From: Deltaproteobacteria bacterium
GTDB lineage: Bacteria > CG2-30-53-67
Reading direction: 5' to 3'
Length of the DNA: 43,089 bases
NCBI GenBank assembly: GCA_013151235.1
Contig: JAADIO010000031.1
Location: forward strand, 1-43,089
Part shown: in pieces, positions 7,309 to 15,562 of the stretch
Layout of the letters: every line of letters begins with the position of its first letter
Position numbering within the stretch: position 1 is the first letter of the stretch
Notes under the pieces: generated by a model
What the model was told of the DNA's origin: nothing
The model's database searches: none
The model's input: the letters and a program-made list of their open reading frames with translations, nothing else
Program-made: the position numbers and the translations under genes

Positions 7309-8288
7309 ATGAGATCTTGGTAGTGGACGATATTCAGGACAACCTGCTCCTTTCCAAAACCATTCTGGAATTGAACGGTTATTACGTACACGCAACACAG
7401 AACCCGAAGGATACAAACAAGATCCTGAAGAGGAACAATGTCGATCTGATCATTCTCGATGTGAATATGCCTGAAGTCAATGGAATCGAACTGTGCAAGC
7501 GGCTCAAGAAAAATCCGAAGACGGCTCATATTCCGGTAATTCTTTTTACAGCGGAGCGGACCTCAACGGAGGACATTGTCTCCGGTCTGAACGGAGGAGC
7601 AGACAAGTACCTCACCCGTCCGATCCAGGAGGAAGAACTGCTGGCCTGGGTGCGAGCCTCGATTCGGGACAAAATGGCCTATGATGATGCCTTCCGTCAG
7701 ATGAAAGAAGAGCGGCTGGTCTTTGAACAGGCCTGCAATGAAGCGCCTCCGGCCATGATCCTCTTTGACTCCGAAGGCACACCGGTTTTCCTGAACCCCG
7801 GAGCCCAGGCGATCTTTTCCCGCTACAGCACAAAAACCCGGACCCGGACGAAACCGCCCTATGGACTGCATCCCTCGGTCATCAAACTGCTCAAGAACCT
7901 CTATGCAACAACTCTGGTGGCACGGAGGCGGAAACGATCCAATCGGGCCGATACGGAGTGGACACTGCCGGACGGACATACCCTGCAGATGTTGATCATG
8001 TCGCTCGAAAGTGATCCGAAAGATTCCCGTGGAAATGACTACACCCTGGTCATGACCCAGGTGCCGCTGAAGAATCTTCCCTTCGATCCCGATACCTTCG
8101 CCATCCGTCACGGTCTTTCCAAGCGGGAGAAGGAACTGGTAACCCTGATCTTCCAGGGCTACAGTAACATGGAAATCGGGGAGCGGATGTTCATCAGTGA
8201 ACACACAGTGAAGGTCCACCTGAAGCACATCTTCGACAAGGTCGGCGTCAAGAACCGGACCTCTCTGATCCGGAAACTTTTCGTCTGA
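7305..8288 (+). CDS. Response regulator: REC + PAS-like + LuxR-type HTH
   Basis: ILVVDD, IILDVNMP and YLTRP receiver motifs; LSKREKELV...GYSNMEIGERMFISEHTVKVHLKHIFDKVGV LuxR HTH. Confidence 0.9.
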   Translation: MNEILVVDDIQDNLLLSKTILELNGYYVHATQNPKDTNKILKRNNVDLIILDVNMPEVNGIELCKRLKKNPKTAHIPVILFTAERTSTEDIVSGLNGGADKYLTRPIQEEELLAWVRASIRDKMAYDDAFRQMKEERLVFEQACNEAPPAMILFDSEGTPVFLNPGAQAIFSRYSTKTRTRTKPPYGLHPSVIKLLKNLYATTLVARRRKRSNRADTEWTLPDGHTLQMLIMSLESDPKDSRGNDYTLVMTQVPLKNLPFDPDTFAIRHGLSKREKELVTLIFQGYSNMEIGERMFISEHTVKVHLKHIFDKVGVKNRTSLIRKLFV

Positions 8289-8331
8289 GGTGTCCCACAA
8301 CGAAATGTTTCAAAGCACTTTGAAAACATGG

Positions 8332-8365
8332 AACCGCCCTCCCGCAAAGAGGGCGGTTTTTCTTT
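8332..8365 (+). terminator. Rho-independent terminator
   Basis: AACCGCCCTC-ccgcaaa-GAGGGCGGTT followed by TTTCTTT. Confidence 0.85.
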
Positions 8366-8569
8366 ACCCTCTTTGATCCCTTTTATTCCTTACCCACATC
8401 CTGGCCTGCTGTCTTTTGCCACCCGGCGGAGGCGGGAAAACCGTGTCCGTTAGATGCCGTGAACTGGGGAAGTCGAAAGCTGTGAGTGGCGGTCATCCGA
8501 GTAGGTTACGAAGACCTTCTCCCTGAGATTTCCTTCTTCAATAGTGTTCATTTTTTTACAGAAAGGTAC

Positions 8570-8598
8570 TTGATAATACAGTAACGTTACTGTATTAT
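8570..8598 (+). promoter_or_regulatory. Promoter with a perfect 26-bp palindromic operator upstream of the merR-family gene
   Basis: ATAATACAGTAAC|GTTACTGTATTAT (8573-8598) spanning TTGATA-17-TATTAT. Confidence 0.8.
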
Positions 8599-8632
8599 AT
8601 AGGCGCCTTGCAATACCAAAAGGAGAACACAA

Positions 8633-9106
8633 ATGAAACCAGCGGAAAAACTGTTACAGATCGGTGAGGTAGCCAAACGATCAGGGACAACGATCCGGAC
8701 CGTCAGATACTACCTGGAGGAAGGATTCATCGAAGCCGGCAACCGCAGTCCGGGGGGGTTCTATCTCTTCAATGCGGATGTCGTCGAAAAGGTCCTCTTT
8801 ATTCAGAAACTCAAAAAACTGGGCCTGCCGCTCAAAGAAATAAAATCGCTCTACAGCATCCGCCGGGAACAAAAGACCGGCGCCCAGGCCTGCTTGCTGG
8901 TCCGGGGAAAACTTCAAAGAGGACGAGAACGGACGACGGCAAAGATTGTGGACTACAGGAATCTTCTGAAAGAACTGGATGAAGCGATCGAACTTGTTTC
9001 CGAATGTGAAGGATGCCGGAAACGTCCGGCCAAAGAGAATTGTCTTGCCTGCGAAGTGGTCAAGAAAAGGGACCATATCCCTTTGCCCTTCGGAGCGATT
9101 CTATAG
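8633..9106 (+). CDS. MerR family transcriptional regulator with C-terminal CX2CX8CX2C
   Basis: IGEVAKRSGTTIRTVRYY wHTH and LKKLGLPLKEIK; AAGGAG SD. Confidence 0.9.
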   Translation: MKPAEKLLQIGEVAKRSGTTIRTVRYYLEEGFIEAGNRSPGGFYLFNADVVEKVLFIQKLKKLGLPLKEIKSLYSIRREQKTGAQACLLVRGKLQRGRERTTAKIVDYRNLLKELDEAIELVSECEGCRKRPAKENCLACEVVKKRDHIPLPFGAIL

Positions 9107-9215
9107 AAGAGTGATTTCATCGACGGACTCGAATCTGTCGGGGCTTCGAGTTATCCGGATATTGCCGGCAACACAAAGATCAATCTTTCCATATGATGCA
9201 AAGGCGGTCCCCGAT

Positions 9216-9647
9216 ATGGACATCAAGGCAATTGCACGATTCATAAAACACCGTGTCATCACTGACCCGCGGTGTGAACCCCGTGTTGCCCCGGAATTGG
9301 ATCTGGAGGCGCCCCTGATGGTGCCGAAGGCGGTTGTGGTCCGCGCGCTTCTCGACCGGATGATGCCGGGCCGGGAGATCATTCTCAGAAGCCGGGACCT
9401 CGAGGTCCCATGGGAAATCGAGCATCTCTGCAACCGGCTGGGCCATGAACTCGTGAAGGTTGAAAGAGAGGGGGCTACCTGCTGGTTTACGCTGAGAGCA
9501 AGAGAAACGGAATGCCGGCTTGCCTTTCAGGACCCCTTCGGCCTGGAGCTGACCCCGCAGGTCCCCGTCACGACAATCGACGTTCCCCGCAGGAACAAAT
9601 TGAAGGGGCCGGGAAGAGGGATATCATCCGCAAGCGGAGCCGGGTGA
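9216..9647 (+). CDS. TusA/SirA-fold protein lacking the CPxP cysteine
   Basis: LDL....VP...VR..L..M.PG..I....D......I...C...GHELV aligns by eye with TusA; AAGGCGG SD before ATG 9216. Confidence 0.6.
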   Translation: MDIKAIARFIKHRVITDPRCEPRVAPELDLEAPLMVPKAVVVRALLDRMMPGREIILRSRDLEVPWEIEHLCNRLGHELVKVEREGATCWFTLRARETECRLAFQDPFGLELTPQVPVTTIDVPRRNKLKGPGRGISSASGAG

Positions 9648-9657
9648 CGGGGATCCC

Positions 9658-10734
9658 TTATTTGGGCTCAGGCCCCTTCAGCCGGACCTCATCGAGGTCC
9701 GCCTTCGGGTCGTTGAGGAAGTGAAGATCCTCGGGCCGGAAGGCCCCCTTCTCCGTGATGATGGCCGTGATGTAGCGGGCAGGGGTTACATCAAAGGCGG
9801 GGCTTTCGACTTTCACCCCTTCGGGAGCGATTTCGAGCTGGTTGCAGATCCGGGTGACCTCTTCGGGGTCCCGTTCCTCGATGGGAATCCCCTCCCCCGT
9901 CGGAATGGAAAAATCGATCGTGGAGGTCGGAGCGGCCACGTAGAACGGGATCCCATGCTCTCCGGCAAGGACGGCGACGGAATAGGTCCCGATCTTGTTG
10001 GCCACATCGCCGTTGGCCACGGTCCGGTCCGTCCCGACCACGACCAGGTCGATCCTTCCCTCCTTCATGAAGTGACCGGCCATGTTGTCGGTAATGAGGG
10101 TCACGTCCACCCCTTCCTCCATCAGTTCCCAGGCGGTAAGCCGGGCACCCTGGAGGATCGGACGCGTTTCATCGGCAAAGACGCTGACCTTCTTCCCCTG
10201 CTCGCGGGCGGCATAGATCACCCCCAGGGCCGTGCCGTAAGCGGCCGTGGCAAGAGAGCCCGCGTTGCAATGCGTCAGGATCGTCGCACCGTCCGGAACG
10301 AACTCCGCGCCATATCTCCCCATGGCCCGGTTGACCGCGATGTCCTCCTCACGCATCCGGTCGGCCTCGTCGATGAGCGCCTGTTTCAATTCAGGAACGG
10401 AGAGTCCCTCCTGCCCGGCGGCGAATCTCCGCATCCGCTCGATGGCCCAGAACAGGTTGACGGCCGTTGGACGGGCCGAGGCCAGGTGATCGCAGACCGG
10501 CTGGAGGCGCCTCAAAAACTCTTCCCGCTCCTCCGTGTCTATACCCTGCGCCCCCAGGGCCACCCCCATGGCCGCCGTTACACCGATGGCGGGCGCTCCC
10601 CGGACCACGAGATCCCGGATTGCAGCGGTCACCTCCCGGTAATCGCTATAGTCGATGTAGACCACTTCCCTCGGAAGTTTTGTCTGGTCGATCAGCCGGA
10701 CCTTTCCGGCCTTCCATTCAACGGTGGGAATCAT
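9658..10734 (-). CDS. mtnA: S-methyl-5-thioribose-1-phosphate isomerase
   Basis: [42 protein letters not shown] and NKIGTY motifs. Confidence 0.95.
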   Translation of the reverse strand: MIPTVEWKAGKVRLIDQTKLPREVVYIDYSDYREVTAAIRDLVVRGAPAIGVTAAMGVALGAQGIDTEEREEFLRRLQPVCDHLASARPTAVNLFWAIERMRRFAAGQEGLSVPELKQALIDEADRMREEDIAVNRAMGRYGAEFVPDGATILTHCNAGSLATAAYGTALGVIYAAREQGKKVSVFADETRPILQGARLTAWELMEEGVDVTLITDNMAGHFMKEGRIDLVVVGTDRTVANGDVANKIGTYSVAVLAGEHGIPFYVAAPTSTIDFSIPTGEGIPIEERDPEEVTRICNQLEIAPEGVKVESPAFDVTPARYITAIITEKGAFRPEDLHFLNDPKADLDEVRLKGPEPK

Positions 10735-10766
10735 TCATTTTCTCCGGTCCGGTTGCGGACCCGTAT

Positions 10767-13172
10767 CTAATCACGCAGGGTCGCATCAAATTCATTCTCC
10801 AGTTTTTTCACGATACCGTCCCGTACATCGTTGACCTCGCTGTCCGTCAGGGTCCGGTCTTCCGCCTGGAAACGTATGGAGAAAGCGAGACTCTTCCTGC
10901 CTTCCGGGATCGGTTTCCCCCGATAGAGGTCAAAGAGCCGGACGTCCCGGATCAGCCCGGGCGCAGATTCCCGGATCGCTTTGTCGATCGATCCGGCCGG
11001 AACGGTGTCGGGGAGAACCAGCGCAATATCCCGTTCCACGGCGGGAAAGCGGATTGCAGGACGGTATATAATCTTTCCGGACGCCGCCCGGAAAAGGGCC
11101 TCAAGATCGATGTCGAAACAGAGGACCCGCTGCGGCAGTTCAAAACGCTTCATCGCTTCCGGGTGCAATTCGCCGAGGTACCCGAGAGAGGTTTCGCCAT
11201 TTCGGATCAATGCGCTTTTCCCCGGGTGAAGAAAAGGAACCGTCTCCAGCGCCGTCCATTCCGTGGAAGAGATCCCGAGTCCGCGGAAAAGCCTTTCCAG
11301 GACGGATTTGAGGTCGAAGAAATCGACCTCTCTCTCCTGACGGTCCCATCCCGGAAGGACTTCCGCTCCGGCGGCGACTCCGGCAAGGCGTTCTTTTTCC
11401 AGCGCCGGGGCATCGGCGCTTTTCTCAAAGGTCCGCCCCACCTCGAAAAGACGCAGGCCGGACCGTGAACGTTTCAGGTTCCGCCGGAGATTGTGAAGCA
11501 GGGCGGGAAGCAGGGTTGTCCGCATGACGCTCTGATCCCGGCTGAGGGGGTTTCGAATCTCGATGAACCGCCGCAGGGGGTCATCCGGGGCCAGGCCGAG
11601 CCGGTCGAGATCATCGGGGTTATGGAAACTGTAGTGGATGGTTTCGAAGAAACCTTCCGCCGCCAGAGCCCGGCGGATCCGCATCGACAACTGCCGGTTG
11701 CGGGTGGTGCCGCCCGGTTCCAGGGTTGCCCTTGTGCGTGTGCTTGGAATGCGGTTGTAACCGTATATTCGGGCGATTTCCTCGATGAGGTCGATTTCAC
11801 GTTCCAGGTCGACGCGGAAGGGCGGAATAGCAACGTGGAGGGTTTCCCGATCCCCCTCTTCCACAGTCAGCTGAAGACGTTCCAGGATCAGGCGGATCTC
11901 CCCTGCGGGAAGAGAAATGCCGAGCAGGTCCCGGACCTTTGCAGCACGGAGAGGAATGACCCCTTCCCGGAAGGGCGCCGGGTAGATGTCGATCCGTCCC
12001 TTCGCCACGCGCCCGCCAGCCAGCGCAGCAATAAGGGAGGCGGCGCGGTCCAGAGCGGTAGCCAGACCTTCAATGTCCGTTCCCCGCTCGAAACGGTGGG
12101 AAGACTCGGAATGAAGACCCAGCCGTTTCGCCGTCCTCCGGATCGAGGCCGGCTGAAAACAGGCCGCTTCGAGCAGGACCCGCCGCGTTCCGTTTCCGAC
12201 TTCACTGTTGCCTCCCCCCATGACCCCGGCCACGGCGACCGGTTTCTTACCGTCGCAAATCAGCAGCATCCCCTCGTCGAGGGTACGTTCCACCTCGTCG
12301 AGGGTACGGATCTTTTCTCCCTCCCCTGCCCGGCGGACTTCGATCCGGTTCCCCTTAAGCAGATCGAAGTCAAAGGCATGGAGAGGATGACCCAGTTCCA
12401 TGAGCAGATAGTTCGTGACATCGACGACATTATTGATCGGCCTAAGACCGACGGCACGGAGCCGTTCCTGCATCCAGGGTGGAGAGGGAGCAATCGTCAC
12501 ATTCTCGATGACACGGCAGGCATAACGTGGGCAAAGATCCGGTTCGCGGACATTCACGTCGATCAGGGTCGAAATCTCCGGGCCCTTTTCTTCAACTACG
12601 GCTGCGGGCTCTTTCAGGGCGTTCCCCGTCCACGCGGCAATCTCCCGCGCCACGCCGAAATGGCTGAGACAATCGGGGCGGTTCGGGGTCAGGTCGATCT
12701 CGAAAACGGTATCGTTCCGTCCCAGAATTTCCGCAGCGGGGGTCCCGGGAACGGCATCCCCCGGAAGGATCATAACCCCCTCCGATGTATCGGAGAGGCC
12801 CATCTCCTTTTCGGAGCAGATCATCCCGAAGGATTCCACTCCCCGGATCCCGGCCGGAACGATTTCCATTCCGTTGGGAAGACGGGCGCCCGGAAGGGCC
12901 ACGACGACCTTGTCACCCTGCCGGTGATTCGCGGCGCCGCAGATGATCTGAACCTCGTCCTTCCCCACATCGACCCGGCAGAGGGTCAGGTGGTCGGAAT
13001 CGGGATGGGGGTCCTTCCTGAGTATATGTCCGACCACCAGCCGATCGAATCCTTCCGCAAGATCCCGTACCGATTCCACCTCCAGGCCGGCCATGGTCAA
13101 CCGCCCGGACAGTTCGTCGGGGGACTCGTCAATGGAAATAAATTCTTTCAACCAGTTGAGACTGATCAGCAT
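10767..13172 (-). CDS. pheT: Phenylalanine-tRNA ligase beta subunit
   Basis: LTPNRPDCLS, INNVVDVTNY, RFERG and FDX-ACB C-terminus; follows pheS. Confidence 0.97.
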   Translation of the reverse strand: MLISLNWLKEFISIDESPDELSGRLTMAGLEVESVRDLAEGFDRLVVGHILRKDPHPDSDHLTLCRVDVGKDEVQIICGAANHRQGDKVVVALPGARLPNGMEIVPAGIRGVESFGMICSEKEMGLSDTSEGVMILPGDAVPGTPAAEILGRNDTVFEIDLTPNRPDCLSHFGVAREIAAWTGNALKEPAAVVEEKGPEISTLIDVNVREPDLCPRYACRVIENVTIAPSPPWMQERLRAVGLRPINNVVDVTNYLLMELGHPLHAFDFDLLKGNRIEVRRAGEGEKIRTLDEVERTLDEGMLLICDGKKPVAVAGVMGGGNSEVGNGTRRVLLEAACFQPASIRRTAKRLGLHSESSHRFERGTDIEGLATALDRAASLIAALAGGRVAKGRIDIYPAPFREGVIPLRAAKVRDLLGISLPAGEIRLILERLQLTVEEGDRETLHVAIPPFRVDLEREIDLIEEIARIYGYNRIPSTRTRATLEPGGTTRNRQLSMRIRRALAAEGFFETIHYSFHNPDDLDRLGLAPDDPLRRFIEIRNPLSRDQSVMRTTLLPALLHNLRRNLKRSRSGLRLFEVGRTFEKSADAPALEKERLAGVAAGAEVLPGWDRQEREVDFFDLKSVLERLFRGLGISSTEWTALETVPFLHPGKSALIRNGETSLGYLGELHPEAMKRFELPQRVLCFDIDLEALFRAASGKIIYRPAIRFPAVERDIALVLPDTVPAGSIDKAIRESAPGLIRDVRLFDLYRGKPIPEGRKSLAFSIRFQAEDRTLTDSEVNDVRDGIVKKLENEFDATLRD

Positions 13173-13207
13173 GGATAACTCTCATCAAGAAGGCGCCGCG
13201 GTCCCTT

Positions 13208-14233
13208 TCAGAATTGCGACAGGAAGTGCGGATCATTTTCGAAAAAACGCCGGATATCATCGATCCGGTAACGGAGCATGGCAATCCGTTCCACCCCCAC
13301 GCCGAAGGCAAATCCCGAAACCTCCTCCGGGTCGTAGCCGACCCTGAGGAAGACCTCGGGGTCGACCATACCGGCCCCGAGAATCTCCAGCCATCCGGAA
13401 TGTTTGCAGACGCGGCATCCCTTCCCGTTACAGATCACGCAGGCGATATCGACTTCTGCCGATGGTTCCGTGAAGGGGAAAAAACTCGGCCGGAAACGGA
13501 TTCCCACATCTTTTCCGAAGAGCCTGTGCAGGAAGATCTCCAGGATCCCCTTGAGGTCACCGAAACGGATACCCCGGTCCACCATCAGCCCTTCCACCTG
13601 GTGGAACATGGGGGTATGGGAGACGTCGGCATCACAGCGGTAGACCTTGCCCGGGGCGATGATCCGAACGGGGGGAGGCTGTTTTTTCATGATACGGATC
13701 TGAACGGGCGAGGTATGGGTCCGCAGGAGTATGTCCCCGGAGATATAGAAGGTATCCTGCATGTCCCGCGCGGGATGGTCCCTGGGAATGTTCAGGGCTT
13801 CGAAATTGTAAAAGTCTTCTTCAATCTCAGGTCCTTCGGCTACCCGGAAACCGAGTCCGGTGAAGACCGATTCGATCTCCCGGAAGGTCCGGGTAATCGG
13901 GTGGAGCGTCCCCCGCCGGCGGGGCCGTCCGGGGAGAGTGATGTCGATACGTTCTTCACGGAGCCGCCGCTGCAGTTCCTGATCTTCAATTTCTTCACTT
14001 CGCCGGGCAAAAGAACGGTTCAGCCTCTGCTTGACCTCGTTGACCGCTTTCCCGACGACCGGACGTTCAGCGGGGGACAAATCCTTCATCCCGGCAAGAA
14101 GTTTCGTCAGTTCGCCCTTCTTGCCAAGGATGCAGACCTTGCAGTCTTGAACCTCGGTTAAGGTCGATGCCTTCCGGATTCGTGCATCCGTTTCCGACTC
14201 GATGGCTTTCAGTTTTTCAATCAGTTCAGACAT
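13208..14233 (-). CDS. pheS: Phenylalanine-tRNA ligase alpha subunit
   Basis: HPARDMQDTFY, LRTHTSPVQ, FPFTEPS and GFAFG motifs. Confidence 0.97.
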   Translation of the reverse strand: MSELIEKLKAIESETDARIRKASTLTEVQDCKVCILGKKGELTKLLAGMKDLSPAERPVVGKAVNEVKQRLNRSFARRSEEIEDQELQRRLREERIDITLPGRPRRRGTLHPITRTFREIESVFTGLGFRVAEGPEIEEDFYNFEALNIPRDHPARDMQDTFYISGDILLRTHTSPVQIRIMKKQPPPVRIIAPGKVYRCDADVSHTPMFHQVEGLMVDRGIRFGDLKGILEIFLHRLFGKDVGIRFRPSFFPFTEPSAEVDIACVICNGKGCRVCKHSGWLEILGAGMVDPEVFLRVGYDPEEVSGFAFGVGVERIAMLRYRIDDIRRFFENDPHFLSQF

Positions 14234-14243
14234 ATCACCATCA

Positions 14244-14609
14244 TCAGGATTGGGGTGCAAGACTGCTCTTGGCAATCTCCGCCAATTGCGCAAAATCCTG
14301 AGGATGGTGAACCGCCAGTTCCGCCATCATCTTCCGGTTGATCCCAACCTGTGCATTTTTCAGTCCCCGGATCAGGCGGCTGTAAGAAAGTCCCTGTTCC
14401 CTAGCCGCGGCATTGATCCGCACGATCCAAAGCGATCGAAAATCCCGCTTCCGGAGTTTCCGCCCGATATAGGCCTCCTGCATCGATCGATCCACCGCTT
14501 CAATCGCTGTGCGAAACAGGTTTTTGCGGGCTCCATAAAACCCCTTGGCCTGTTTTAAAATTTTCTTCCTGCGGGTAAGACGTCGATTACCCCCTTTTAC
14601 TCTCGGCAT
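14244..14609 (-). CDS. rplT: 50S ribosomal protein L20
   Basis: MPRVKGG...[18 protein letters not shown]. Confidence 0.97.
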   Translation of the reverse strand: MPRVKGGNRRLTRRKKILKQAKGFYGARKNLFRTAIEAVDRSMQEAYIGRKLRKRDFRSLWIVRINAAAREQGLSYSRLIRGLKNAQVGINRKMMAELAVHHPQDFAQLAEIAKSSLAPQS

Positions 14610-14668
14610 AACTGCTTCCTCCTGCTACGATCGAACTGTTGTTTACCACAATGTCAGGGAACAAGGAC

Positions 14669-14866
14669 TCACGCGTAGGGAATGAGTATCCGGATCGCTT
14701 TAAGATTGGTACTATCGGCCGTCGTAGATTTCCTCAATCCCCGTTTCCGTTTCCGCGATTTCGTTGTCAGGATATGACTCGCATAAGCCTTGTTCCGTTT
14801 GATCTTCCCCGATGCGGTTTTCTTGAAACGCTTTGCCGCACCACGGTGTGTCTTGATTTTCGGCAT
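14669..14866 (-). CDS. rpmI: 50S ribosomal protein L35
   Basis: [23 protein letters not shown]. Confidence 0.97.
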   Translation of the reverse strand: MPKIKTHRGAAKRFKKTASGKIKRNKAYASHILTTKSRKRKRGLRKSTTADSTNLKAIRILIPYA

Positions 14867-14892
14867 CTCCTTCTACTCCTTTATCTTAAGAA

Positions 14893-15513
14893 TTATGAAT
14901 CGGCTGCAGGCGGATTCTCCTGCACCGGTTTCTTGTCGGCGGCCGCAGCCGGTTTCTTTTTTCCGGCGCCGGCAGCCGGGCCCGAGGGCGCCAGAATCAT
15001 TACAACCGTTCGTCCCTCCCGTTTCGGCATCAATTCTATGACGCTGATTTCGGAAAGACGCTTCGCAAAGTCCATCAGCATCTGCTTGCTTCGTTCGGCA
15101 TACATCATTTCCCGGCCACGAAAACGAACGGTAATCTTGGCCTTGTTCCCATCCTTGAGAAATCGCTCGGCATGCTGTAACTTGAAGGCGAAATCATGCT
15201 CCTCCGTGTTGGGTCTCAGCTTGACCTCCTTGACATGGATAATTTGCTGCTTCTTCCGTGCGAGGTTCGCCTTCTTGCTCTTCTGGTACTGAAACTTTCC
15301 GTAATCCATAATACGGCAGACCGGCGGCTTTGCTGTGGCCGCAACTTCTACAAGATCCAGTCCTTGGTCCTCGGCAATCCGGAGGGCCTCCTGCGTCGCA
15401 AGAATTCCAAGTTGTGACCCGTCTTCATCCACGACCCGGACCTCCGGAATACGGATCTCATGATTGATCCGTTCCTTTCGTTCCTGTCTGCCCTTGGGGC
15501 TTCTTCGTTTTAT
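14893..15513 (-). CDS. infC: Translation initiation factor IF-3 (probable non-canonical ATA start)
   Basis: RINHEIR, PPVCRIMDYGKF and KEVKLRP motifs; GGAGGT SD lies 6 nt before the in-frame ATA at 15513. Confidence 0.93.
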   Translation of the reverse strand: MKRRSPKGRQERKERINHEIRIPEVRVVDEDGSQLGILATQEALRIAEDQGLDLVEVAATAKPPVCRIMDYGKFQYQKSKKANLARKKQQIIHVKEVKLRPNTEEHDFAFKLQHAERFLKDGNKAKITVRFRGREMMYAERSKQMLMDFAKRLSEISVIELMPKREGRTVVMILAPSGPAAGAGKKKPAAAADKKPVQENPPAADS

Positions 15514-15562
15514 AGAACCACCTCCCATTCGATTGCGCCGGGATTACACTCCCGGCGGATTG

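Noticed and set aside
8450-8551. 33-aa ORF (MNTIEEG...) divergent from merR as a possible regulated target
   Set aside because: No SD and no convincing 19-20 bp spacer promoter on that strand.
8979-9215. Upstream extension of the TusA-like frame overlapping merR, suggesting a frameshift fusion
   Set aside because: merR ends normally after its Cys motif and the TusA-like gene has its own SD and ATG; the extension shows no domain-like features.
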